From Candidatus Saccharimonadales bacterium (GTDB taxonomy: Bacteria > Patescibacteriota > Saccharimonadia > Saccharimonadales > JAXHNE01), in NCBI GenBank assembly GCA_041600755.1, contig JBFIJL010000004.1:10612-74611 (forward strand): a DNA stretch of 64,000 nt. Reading direction: 5' to 3'. Positions 33,940 to 42,778 of this stretch are shown here, in pieces. Both the position numbers and the translations under genes were made by a program. Each line of letters opens with the position of its first letter. Position 1 is the first letter of the stretch. A model generated the notes under the pieces. The model made no database searches. It saw only the letters and a program-made list of their open reading frames with translations, and was not told the DNA's origin.

Positions 33940-34976
33940 TCTGCTCGCTCCGCAAGCCCTGCTGCAACGCCGAAATGATTCGAAACAGCAAGTAGCTCAT
34001 TTTGACGATCTGCTGGAAATGCCACATTGCGCCACGCACTACCAATTTCTACATTCAGTCCTGTTTTGTTTGCTACGTATAGTGGAAACTCCGGCAGTGC
34101 TGATGCTCCCCCTGTGACGATAATCCGATCAATCGCCGATCCAACATAGCGGGCAGTAAAGAATTTGACCGATTTTTCTATCTCTCCAACTAGCGTATCA
34201 ACTGTACTTATGATTGCTTGATGAATCTGACCTTCGAGCTTGTCTTTTGACAATCCGAATTTAAACACAAACTGTTCAGCTTGAGCCTGGTCAATCGATA
34301 AATTCTGCATTGCACTCCTAACAATCGCCTCTGAGCCAGTCGGAATCGATCGGGTAAGTCGTGGTGCGCCGTTCATAACAATTACGATGTCGGTGCTCTT
34401 ACTGCCAATATCAATTACCATTTGCGGTAGCGTTGCCTCTGAAGCAATCATCCCCCGAGCTAGCGCAATATTGTCTGGCTCAAAAGATATGACATTAAGG
34501 CCTATTGATTCAAGTGCATCCAGCTTAGTTTCAACATATTCATTCGGCACGCTTGTAAGCAAAATCTCAACCTTGGTCTTGTCGGTTGGTGAGTCTCCAA
34601 GTAGCGCCCAGTCAATCTTTGATTGGTCAAGCGGTGTTGGGATGAGTGAATCTGCTTGATAGCGAATCGTCTTGTCGAGTTCTGCTGGCGATAATCTGTC
34701 AATGTCTACGACCGTCGTGAACACACGCTGCGATGGGATACCAACGGCCACGTTTCTGGTAACTATCCGCGCCTCTGTTATGAGATCGTGAACAATCCCA
34801 GCCAATTTCTGTTGATCGGCTTTAGCATCACTCATAGCTATGTTGCCGTCAATCTCGACAGAGCCATACTTTACGAGCGATTTTACAGCACCCGTTCCAC
34901 GCAGCTGAACAAATCTGACAGCGGTTGTGCCGATGTCTAGACCAATAAAATCACTTACCCCACTCAGTAGACTCAT
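33936..34976 (-). CDS. pilM: type IV pilus assembly protein PilM (actin-like ATPase fold)
   Basis: IGLDIGTTAVRFVQL, DIGSKSTDIVI, and IIVTGGASALPEF. Confidence 0.85.
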   Translation of the reverse strand: MSLLSGVSDFIGLDIGTTAVRFVQLRGTGAVKSLVKYGSVEIDGNIAMSDAKADQQKLAGIVHDLITEARIVTRNVAVGIPSQRVFTTVVDIDRLSPAELDKTIRYQADSLIPTPLDQSKIDWALLGDSPTDKTKVEILLTSVPNEYVETKLDALESIGLNVISFEPDNIALARGMIASEATLPQMVIDIGSKSTDIVIVMNGAPRLTRSIPTGSEAIVRSAMQNLSIDQAQAEQFVFKFGLSKDKLEGQIHQAIISTVDTLVGEIEKSVKFFTARYVGSAIDRIIVTGGASALPEFPLYVANKTGLNVEIGSAWRNVAFPADRQNELLAVSNHFGVAAGLAERAE

Positions 34977-35021
34977 ATTATTGATAATTATAGCATAAGG
35001 ACTTCGGTTACAAACAGTTTT

Positions 35022-37478
35022 TTACAGCACTGGCGGCAAAGTGGTATACGTCTGGTCGGTAGTGCTGTTCAATGGCCCTGGAACTGCTCCACCGATCCAG
35101 TTTAGCGGGTCTTCTATGAAGATCTCTCCGGAAGTGTTCGCTGGGTTTGTGTAATCTGTAGTTGCCCCTGCATCTCTTACATGGCCAGCCATCCGGTGCA
35201 AGAATATATTGTTGGTTACAATTGAACCAAAGACTTTTAACTGCGGAGCAGTTACACAATTTGATTCAATATACGCCCTCGTAGGAATGCTACCATCAGA
35301 GCACGTGTATACATTACCTCCTACTAGGTATTCACCATACATTTGTGAGACACCCGGATATATGTACAAGTCACCAGTTACAACAAACCTAATCTTAGGA
35401 ATAGCTGATGCAGATTCATACGGTCCTCCGCTACGTATAACGTTATTGGTAATAGTAAGCTTGCCGTTCACGTTCAATGTGAGACTGCTATTAATTGATG
35501 AATTGCTATAACTCTGGTCTGAGGCTGGTAGCGCAGCAACGTCAGTGAAGTAATTTGGAATTGACTGGGTGCTTAGAGAACTGAATAACCCTGGCGTCCC
35601 GGATCCAGTGTTCGCAAATTTTAGGGCGTCTTCACTTAGCGCATTTAATGTTGCAGACAGGAAATTCTGTATTTCGCCGCAAGCAAAAACACCAAGCTGA
35701 CCACCAGAACCTTGGCCGCCACTCAACACTGCGGCAATGCCAGGAGATGAAGCATTGCAAGATGGACTACCCGTGCCGGCTATGATGTCGCCGCGGAAGG
35801 CCTGGAAATAGGGATTTGCGCTCATGGTAATTGGACAATTGGGATTTGTGCCTATTTCGCAAGTGCCTTCACCGCCTATTGCGCAAGCCTGAGACGGATT
35901 GGCTGCGGTACTCCATGGACCACTAAAGGCGACATAGCCACTATACGATCCGGCGGGAGCAGGATCCATGCTAAAGCTTGTTGTGTAATTGCTCGGTCCG
36001 CCTCCTGAGATTGGGCCGCCAGTCGAAGGACTGAGTCCATCAATTGCGTAGTAAACTTCATAGGCAAACGGCGTTGAGCTAACTCTTGACCCTCTGGGTT
36101 TATTGAAGCCAAGTCTGAAGGTCAATGTGAACGGAGTGTCTGCTACGAATCCAGTTGTGGCGATACTGCTGTTGGCACACGATGGTGCTACACAGGGGCC
36201 GACAGTGCGAACAGCTGAAGTAGCGGACACTTGCCTACCATTTCCATATCCTTCATCATAAACAATATAATGAAGTGTGTGAGAACGAACATCATCCCAC
36301 GCAGATAGGCTCATATTGGTTCTCTGGGCATTATCAGCGAGACTTCCAGTGGCCGGAACCCTTGCTGGTTCAACATTATTCAGCGAAGTTGGGTTGTTGT
36401 AGGTAGAAACACCGTCGACAAACAACCGTGCCACCCAAACACCTCCAGACTTTGTATCTGCTCGTAATATCGCGACGCCGTTGGTGCAGTTGGCAGTAAA
36501 CGTGACTGTGGGTCTGCAGTTCGGAACAGTTACTGTATCGTAACTGGTAGTGTTGAACGTCTGATCATGTACCCTTACTCGTAGCTGAAAGCTATCACCT
36601 CCAGAATTTGCTATGAGATGTCTGATGCTTTTTGAATGTGAACTACCGTTTCCTGTATAGGTGCCTATTAGGTTTTCGTTGCCTGACTGATCCGTCCACA
36701 CCCCTCCACTATTTCTCAACTGGAATCGAGCTGCCCAGCGATTAGTGCTTGGGCTGGTCCTGACGCTCAGCGATATATTGCTACAATCTCCACTATAAGT
36801 GAGGGTGGGCTGGGGCGGAGGTTTTACCGTCACGTGTATTGGAAAACTCGGGGCATTGCGTGGACAAGGTGGCAAATTCCACGAAGTGTATTCACCTGTC
36901 GGCGCCCCAATACACCAATACGGTTTACTACCACTATGGAAATGATTCTGCCCTTTAGTGCCAATTGTCACTCGATAAGTACCACTCTGGGTGAAGCCTC
37001 CACTAGGCGCAAACGTGAATCTTTTTGTGGAACGCTTCCAGTTCCCCACAGAGCGATAATTGGGTCGTAAATCTAACGTAAGTTGCGTGCCAACAATGCC
37101 ACTTACGCTTCCCGTAGCCCTGCCCGATGGGTCTATTGCTGAGGCGTCAGAAGCAAGAAACCTGGCTTCAAGAACGGCACTATTAGGGTAGGAAACGATA
37201 CTAAATACATGCCAATCAAGCGAAATGGATGATTGTCCATAATCCACTTCAACTGATGTCGTCGTTGGAGAGCCTGGCGCAGATATCCAAGCAGTATTAC
37301 ATGGTGACTGGTTAGTGTGACCACATTGGCTAAATGTTGATCTTATGGTTCCCGGCATAGAATTAGTCGGAGGGTATACATGCGATGCGGATGCTTGTTC
37401 CGATCCCAAAAAACCAAAAGTGGCCGTGATGAATCCAGTGAACAGCACTAATCTTGCTAGCTTACTGAATTGAGTCAT
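35022..37478 (-). CDS. large secreted Cys-rich protein of unknown function (818 aa), pilus-operon associated
   Basis: Signal-like N-terminus (MTQFSKLARLVLFTGFITATFGFLGSEQASA), 16 Cys by my count, S/T/G/N-rich. Contains internally similar modules. No motif I can assign. Confidence 0.7.
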   Translation of the reverse strand: MTQFSKLARLVLFTGFITATFGFLGSEQASASHVYPPTNSMPGTIRSTFSQCGHTNQSPCNTAWISAPGSPTTTSVEVDYGQSSISLDWHVFSIVSYPNSAVLEARFLASDASAIDPSGRATGSVSGIVGTQLTLDLRPNYRSVGNWKRSTKRFTFAPSGGFTQSGTYRVTIGTKGQNHFHSGSKPYWCIGAPTGEYTSWNLPPCPRNAPSFPIHVTVKPPPQPTLTYSGDCSNISLSVRTSPSTNRWAARFQLRNSGGVWTDQSGNENLIGTYTGNGSSHSKSIRHLIANSGGDSFQLRVRVHDQTFNTTSYDTVTVPNCRPTVTFTANCTNGVAILRADTKSGGVWVARLFVDGVSTYNNPTSLNNVEPARVPATGSLADNAQRTNMSLSAWDDVRSHTLHYIVYDEGYGNGRQVSATSAVRTVGPCVAPSCANSSIATTGFVADTPFTLTFRLGFNKPRGSRVSSTPFAYEVYYAIDGLSPSTGGPISGGGPSNYTTSFSMDPAPAGSYSGYVAFSGPWSTAANPSQACAIGGEGTCEIGTNPNCPITMSANPYFQAFRGDIIAGTGSPSCNASSPGIAAVLSGGQGSGGQLGVFACGEIQNFLSATLNALSEDALKFANTGSGTPGLFSSLSTQSIPNYFTDVAALPASDQSYSNSSINSSLTLNVNGKLTITNNVIRSGGPYESASAIPKIRFVVTGDLYIYPGVSQMYGEYLVGGNVYTCSDGSIPTRAYIESNCVTAPQLKVFGSIVTNNIFLHRMAGHVRDAGATTDYTNPANTSGEIFIEDPLNWIGGAVPGPLNSTTDQTYTTLPPVL

Positions 37479-38022
37479 CTAGCACTCCTCCTGATTCAAA
37501 TACTGGGTAATCTCCCGCTTGATTCTCGAGAAATTCAACAGTAGGCTCGAAATATTCTGGCAATGCAAAAACGTCGGCAAGAACATTGCTATAGCTCTGT
37601 TGATTTTCTTGAAGGTCTGTAAAGATACTCAAGAGTTCTCGCGATTTAACCGGGTCGCTCATATTGATATAGTACGTCAATGCCACAAAGACACAGTTTG
37701 GATCACTTCCATAGTCGGGAATTGATTCAATCTCTCTCACCTGTTCTTCTAGTTCAACAACTTTCGAATAGTCAAGATTGCTTTTAGCCGACTCTAGTAG
37801 CTCCGAGCTACACTTTGAAATATCTACTTGAGCTTGCTCATTTTTATCTAGACTCTTCGATCGCCATAAAACCCCAGCTATCAGTATCAACATTGTAGCG
37901 AACATGCAAAGTAGCAATACGGTTCGGCCTACTCTGTATTTCGTCCAGCGAGATGTTGCAGAATTCTCGCTAACAATTACGTCGTCGTCTTTAGCAACTT
38001 TGGCTTTTTTTGTGTGAAACAT
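37462..38022 (-). CDS. single-pass membrane protein (186 aa), first gene of the pilus operon, unknown function
   Basis: TM helix TVLLLCMFATMLILIAGVLW followed by an acidic, helical ectodomain. Overlaps the 818-aa gene by 17 nt. Confidence 0.55.
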   Translation of the reverse strand: MFHTKKAKVAKDDDVIVSENSATSRWTKYRVGRTVLLLCMFATMLILIAGVLWRSKSLDKNEQAQVDISKCSSELLESAKSNLDYSKVVELEEQVREIESIPDYGSDPNCVFVALTYYINMSDPVKSRELLSIFTDLQENQQSYSNVLADVFALPEYFEPTVEFLENQAGDYPVFESGGVLDDSIQ

Positions 38023-38147
38023 CTCGCTCTTTCTGCTTATGCATTACAGTATAGCTGATTGTGTCGCACTATAAAATGTTCAAAATTTTTTTGAAAGGCG
38101 CGTTTTTTGCGCTCATCACATTAACTTCTCTGGTATAGTGGACAGGA

Positions 38148-39233
38148 ATGAGTTTATCTATAGGAATTGTTGGACTGCCGAACGTTGGTAAATCGACGCT
38201 ATTTAACGCGCTGACTGATAGTAGTATCCTGGCGGCAAATTATCCATTTGCCACAATTGAACCAAATACCGGAACCGTACCAGTACCAGACGAACGCTTA
38301 AAGAAATTATCTGAAATGTACGACAACGCACCAATTAAGCCGGCAACCGTAGACTTTGTGGACATCGCAGGGCTAGTAGCGGGCGCCAGTAAAGGTGAAG
38401 GTCTGGGCAACCAATTTCTCAGTCACATTCGAGCCTGCAATGCAATCCTACAAGTTGTTCGCGGCTTTGAAGATGGCGATATTATTCGCAGCGACAGTTC
38501 ACGCGACCCCGCACACGATATAGACGTCATCAAGACCGAACTCGTGCTAGCCGACTTGCAAACAGTCACCAACCGTAAAACAAAGTTTGCCAAAGAAGCC
38601 CGCTCGAACCCAAAGCTAAAACCAGCTGCCGATACAATCGAAGCACTTGAATTACACCTCAACAATGGCAAGGCAGTATGGGAGGATTCAGCGCTTTTAG
38701 ATGATTATCAGGAACATGTTAGTGACCTGCAACTAATGACGACCAAGCCGATTTTGTATTTATTCAACATTGACGATACTGCACTCGGAAACGACGAGCA
38801 CAAACAAAAGCTTGCGAGCTTAGTAGCCCCTGCCCCGTCCGTATTTGTAAGCGCCAAGCTAGAAGACGAGCTGCGCGGGCTCGACCCAAGCGATCAAGCA
38901 GAATTCTTAGAAAGCTATGGGCAAAAAGAATCAGGACTAGTACAAGTTATTCACGCTGCTTATGACCTTCTCGGCCTTCAGAGCTATATCACCTCGGGCG
39001 GCACGGAAGTTCGAGCGTGGACAATTAAAAAGGGCGCAACAGCACCTCAGGCTGCCGGTGTAATCCATGGAGATTTTGAACGCGGGTTTATTGCTGCTCA
39101 GATTGTTTCATTCGAAGACTTGATCGCATCAGGCTCAGAATCTGAAGCCAGGAGCAAAGGCAAGATGCGCACCGAAGGAAAAACCTACGTCATGCAGCCT
39201 GACGACATCGTAGAATTTAAGTTTAATACTTAA
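38148..39233 (+). CDS. ychF: ribosome-binding ATPase YchF
   Basis: IGIVGLPNVGKST, DIAGLV, and a C-terminal TGS-like domain (RAWTIKKGATAPQAAGVIHGDFERGFI). Confidence 0.92.
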   Translation: MSLSIGIVGLPNVGKSTLFNALTDSSILAANYPFATIEPNTGTVPVPDERLKKLSEMYDNAPIKPATVDFVDIAGLVAGASKGEGLGNQFLSHIRACNAILQVVRGFEDGDIIRSDSSRDPAHDIDVIKTELVLADLQTVTNRKTKFAKEARSNPKLKPAADTIEALELHLNNGKAVWEDSALLDDYQEHVSDLQLMTTKPILYLFNIDDTALGNDEHKQKLASLVAPAPSVFVSAKLEDELRGLDPSDQAEFLESYGQKESGLVQVIHAAYDLLGLQSYITSGGTEVRAWTIKKGATAPQAAGVIHGDFERGFIAAQIVSFEDLIASGSESEARSKGKMRTEGKTYVMQPDDIVEFKFNT

Positions 39234-39364
39234 CGTGCCTCGGGAAGAGTAGCCCGACGAACGAATTTATTTCGTTCCCGGCGCGATGAGAAACCCGCTT
39301 GGGGGTGTCTCATGAGTGTGTCATGCAGCCCGACGACGTAGTTGAATTTAAGTTTAATACATAG
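39189..39364 (+). repeat. 45-bp direct repeat of the ychF 3' end flanking an 86-bp hairpin-rich insert
   Basis: 39189-39233 and 39320-39364 match at 39/45 positions. Both encode VMQPDD(I/V)VEFKFNT followed by a stop. Confidence 0.8.
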
Positions 39365-39365
39365 A

Positions 39366-40031
39366 CTAGGAATTATCGTTTGCCCAAGCAAGCGAAATAT
39401 TATTCACCACTCTGAATAAATCTTTGGTAGGGGGAATGGTGTTTTCATCGTAATAATGATCAATGCTAATAAAGTTATCAATCACATCCAAACAATGAAT
39501 TTCATCACCGATCAGATGCATCTTATCAATTGATTGTACTGTCGCAAAAGGAGTGACAATTATAAGCTTCTTCATAGAAATGCGCTTCAGATAGTCGTAT
39601 GCAACCTCTAGTGAAAACCCGTTTACAAGACCATCGGAAACAAGAATTACGGTATGGTGTCGTAGTCGCTCTTTTGGTATTTCGCCGTCTTGACCAAGAA
39701 GCATGTTCAAATTATGAAATCCTTCGCGTCGCTGCTGTTCGATAACAGAATGATAATCAGTATTAAATTCTTCTAACTCGCCTGCACTAAACTTGTGATT
39801 ATACGTAAAGGTATCGTCAGCGGTAATGCCTGCAATCGCATCGCTCTCACCAGGTAAGGTTATATTTTGCGTCAGTAGCAAAGAGAGATTGGCGTGATGC
39901 TTAATAGCAATCTGCGCACCGACAATTACCGCACCCCGACTAAGTGCAACAACAGCTAAATTTTCGCGATCCAGATGATTTAATTTTTTGCTTAGTTTAC
40001 GACCAGCTTCGGCTCGACTTTTGAAGTACAT
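39366..40031 (-). CDS. predicted phosphoribosyltransferase-fold protein (COG1926-like)
   Basis: FKSRAEAGRKLSKKL...AVVALSRGAVIVGAQIA and a PRPP-loop-like VILVSDGLVNGFS. Confidence 0.6.
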   Translation of the reverse strand: MYFKSRAEAGRKLSKKLNHLDRENLAVVALSRGAVIVGAQIAIKHHANLSLLLTQNITLPGESDAIAGITADDTFTYNHKFSAGELEEFNTDYHSVIEQQRREGFHNLNMLLGQDGEIPKERLRHHTVILVSDGLVNGFSLEVAYDYLKRISMKKLIIVTPFATVQSIDKMHLIGDEIHCLDVIDNFISIDHYYDENTIPPTKDLFRVVNNISLAWANDNS

Positions 40032-40047
40032 ACGCCCAAGTGTAGCA

Positions 40048-40779
40048 CTACTTAGCCAGTCTTAACAGATAAAATCGTTCGACATTGCCTTTACTTCCAG
40101 ACACGTCGGAATCAGCTTTGTTGAGTGTAATGAACTCATTTTTTACCCATGATTCGAAGTCTTTTAGTATATTCCGTCGCATTGCAGCATTTTTAATAAC
40201 GCCTTTGTGTTTTAGGCCAGAGTTCCGGGCTTCAAATTGTGGCTTAACCATCGCAACAAGCTGTGTCTTATCATGCATAACTTTGGCAAGATACGGCAAA
40301 ATGTCACGTAAGCTCACAAATGAAACATCAACAACAATGATATCTATGCTGTCTATACTGCTGCGAACGAAGTCGCGTATGTCCGTCTGTTCGTGTAGTT
40401 CAATTTTTGGGTTACCCAGTAATGATGGGTGCAGCTGCTTTGTGCCGACATCAACTGCGTATACTTTTTTTGCGCCATTTTGTAAGGCAAAATCTGTAAA
40501 ACCACCCGTACTTGAACCAACATCAAGCATGGTCTTCCCTTCAAACTGCAGATGAAAAGTCTCAGCAATGGAAGCCAACTTGTAGCCTGCACGCGAAACA
40601 TACTCAGCTTCTAATTTTATATCAATCGCGTCAGCTTCACTTACCATTTGTCCTGGTTTTTTAGCAAGCGTTCCGTTCACCTTCACCTTGCCCATAGAGA
40701 TTAAATTCGCTGCACGGCTGCGTGTCTCAACTCGGCCAGATTCCGCCAAGAATGTATCTAGTCGCTGTTTTTCATCCAT
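40048..40779 (-). CDS. tlyA: TlyA-family rRNA 2'-O-methyltransferase
   Basis: S4-like N-terminus (RLDTFLAE...SRSRAANLI), YVSRAGYKL, and the SAM motif LDVGSSTGGFTD. Confidence 0.85.
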   Translation of the reverse strand: MDEKQRLDTFLAESGRVETRSRAANLISMGKVKVNGTLAKKPGQMVSEADAIDIKLEAEYVSRAGYKLASIAETFHLQFEGKTMLDVGSSTGGFTDFALQNGAKKVYAVDVGTKQLHPSLLGNPKIELHEQTDIRDFVRSSIDSIDIIVVDVSFVSLRDILPYLAKVMHDKTQLVAMVKPQFEARNSGLKHKGVIKNAAMRRNILKDFESWVKNEFITLNKADSDVSGSKGNVERFYLLRLAK

Positions 40780-41343
40780 TTACTTTACGCGTTCGCGGTA
40801 TGCACCAGTCGCGGTATCGACAGAAATCAAGTCATCAATCTTGATGAAAGCCGGGACCTTTACAGTAAATCCAGTTTCAACTTCCGCATCTTTTAGTACG
40901 TTGCTGGTTGTGTCTCCCTTGACTACATCAACTGTATGTACAACCTTGAGTGGAACATTTTTTGGAAGCTCAACGTCAATCACCCGCTCTTCAAAAAATT
41001 GTGCGGTAACGCTATCGCCTTCTTTCATAAAGCCAAGTTGATGCTCAAGATCTTCGTTGAGTAGCTCAAACTGAGCGAATGTTACATCATCCATGAAGTA
41101 ACATTTAGTGCCATCGGTGTACAGAAACTGAAGTGATTTACTGCTTACATCAGCCGGCTCAATAGAGTCATTGCCCTTGAAAGTCTTGTCTAGTTGACGA
41201 CCGTCAATCAAACTCTTTATCTTGACGTTCACAATAGAGCCGCCCCGCCCCATAACCTTTTGATTGTAATCAACAACACGATACGGCACGCCATCAATCT
41301 GAAATATTCTACCTTTTTTTAGATCGGTCGGGCCAAGTGCCAT
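40780..41343 (-). CDS. efp: elongation factor P
   Basis: DLKKGRIFQIDGVPYRVVDY...GRGGSIVNVKIKSL, of EF-P length (187 aa). Confidence 0.92.
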   Translation of the reverse strand: MALGPTDLKKGRIFQIDGVPYRVVDYNQKVMGRGGSIVNVKIKSLIDGRQLDKTFKGNDSIEPADVSSKSLQFLYTDGTKCYFMDDVTFAQFELLNEDLEHQLGFMKEGDSVTAQFFEERVIDVELPKNVPLKVVHTVDVVKGDTTSNVLKDAEVETGFTVKVPAFIKIDDLISVDTATGAYRERVK

Positions 41344-41357
41344 ATACGGTGTCTCCT

Positions 41358-41666
41358 TTAATAATTATCAAATTTTCTTAGCTGATTTCGTGCATGCTCC
41401 ATGGCATTTTCAAGCGTATTTAGCTCTGACTGACTAATCACACTCAGATTGTCATAAGTTTTAAATGCATGTTCCAGTCGCTTCACATCAGCTTCGATAG
41501 TTCGTGGATTCTTCTGTGTCTGCAGCGCATCTTCAACACGCCTTAAATCATCCTTGAAGCGACGAGCATCAGCATGGCCAGGGTCATCCAGCATGTCCTT
41601 GAGTTTGTATTCAAGACTCTGAATATACTTTCTTAGCTGGTCATACTGCTGCTTATTCACGAGCAT
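41358..41666 (-). CDS. hypothetical coiled-coil protein (102 aa)
   Basis: Charged, heptad-like sequence. Its start overlaps the rpsR stop by 1 nt. Confidence 0.5.
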   Translation of the reverse strand: MLVNKQQYDQLRKYIQSLEYKLKDMLDDPGHADARRFKDDLRRVEDALQTQKNPRTIEADVKRLEHAFKTYDNLSVISQSELNTLENAMEHARNQLRKFDNY

Positions 41667-41869
41667 TACCCCTTCGCAACGAATGGAAGCAGTGCGATGT
41701 GTCGTGCACGCTTGATAGCGATACTTAGTTTTCGCTGTTCGTTTTCTTTTAGACCAGACTTCTTACGAGTCTCGATCTGTCCAAACTGATTGGTATAGCG
41801 CTGCAAGGTCTTCATATCCTTGTAGTCAAAATACGGTACATCAGTGTTTTTCTTGTAAATCTTTGCCAT
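41666..41869 (-). CDS. rpsR: 30S ribosomal protein S18
   Basis: YFDYKDMKTLQRY...GQIETRKKSGL...QRKLSIAIKRARHIALLPF. Confidence 0.92.
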   Translation of the reverse strand: MAKIYKKNTDVPYFDYKDMKTLQRYTNQFGQIETRKKSGLKENEQRKLSIAIKRARHIALLPFVAKG

Positions 41870-41891
41870 CTAATTTCTCCTTAAATATTAT

Positions 41892-42359
41892 CTAGAAAGG
41901 AATGTCGTCAAGGTTTATTGGCTCATCACCGATGTCTTGAACAACATCATCCTTTTTGGCTGCCGGTTTTTTGGCTGCCGGAGCGCTAGCCGATGAACCA
42001 CCGTCGTAGTTGCCACTGCCACCACCTGAACCGCCACCAACGAAGTTAAAATCCTCAACAACTACTTCGACTTTGCTGCGCTTCTGGCCATCTTGTTCCC
42101 ATGCGCGCTGTTGTAAGCGCCCAGACACCAAGATTGCGCCGCCCTTTTGCATGTACTGAGTGATGATCTCACCAGCTTTACCCCATGCATTGCAATCGAT
42201 GTAATCGACAGCCTCTTGGGTTTCGCCTTGAGCGTTTTTCCAGCTGCGATTTACCGCCAAACTAAAGCTCGCAACTGCTTGCCCGTTTGGTGTATTTCGT
42301 AGTTCTGGATCTCGTGTGAGATTGCCCATCAGTACTACTTTGTTAAATCCTCGTGCCAT
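41892..42359 (-). CDS. ssb: single-stranded DNA-binding protein
   Basis: OB fold (NKVVLMGNLTRDPELR), Gly-rich linker, and the acidic tip DDIPF. Confidence 0.92.
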   Translation of the reverse strand: MARGFNKVVLMGNLTRDPELRNTPNGQAVASFSLAVNRSWKNAQGETQEAVDYIDCNAWGKAGEIITQYMQKGGAILVSGRLQQRAWEQDGQKRSKVEVVVEDFNFVGGGSGGGSGNYDGGSSASAPAAKKPAAKKDDVVQDIGDEPINLDDIPF

Positions 42360-42388
42360 ATACCCTCCTGTTTCCCTCTTAAAATACG

Positions 42389-42778
42389 CTAGTCTTCGTC
42401 TGAATCGTCGTCTGAATCGTCATTCGTGTTAACAATACCGGCAGCTTTTCGCTTGGCCTGCATGTCACGAATTTTCTCTGCTTTTGCAATCGCCTTTAGG
42501 TCTGGCTTTGTGATGAGGTAGCGAACTACTTCGTCGGTGATATTGAGTGTTGACTCAATCTTTGCAACGTTTTCGCCAGGAATCTCAACCGTATAAAACA
42601 CATAGACTGCAAAGTCTTGTTTCTTGATTGGATACGCAAGCTTTCGCTTTCCCCAGTTGTCAGTTTCGACAACTTGGCCGCCAGCATCTGTGAAGATCTT
42701 TTTCACGCGCTCTTCGGCTTTGCTCAAATCTACTTCTAGATCTGGGTGATACAGTACGGCAATTTCGTACTTAGTCAT
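42389..42778 (-). CDS. rpsF: 30S ribosomal protein S6 with an acidic C-terminal tail
   Basis: MTKYEIAVLYHPDLE..., with ATG 42778 preceded by GGAAGGAG. The tail is DDSDDDSDED. Confidence 0.9.
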   Translation of the reverse strand: MTKYEIAVLYHPDLEVDLSKAEERVKKIFTDAGGQVVETDNWGKRKLAYPIKKQDFAVYVFYTVEIPGENVAKIESTLNITDEVVRYLITKPDLKAIAKAEKIRDMQAKRKAAGIVNTNDDSDDDSDED

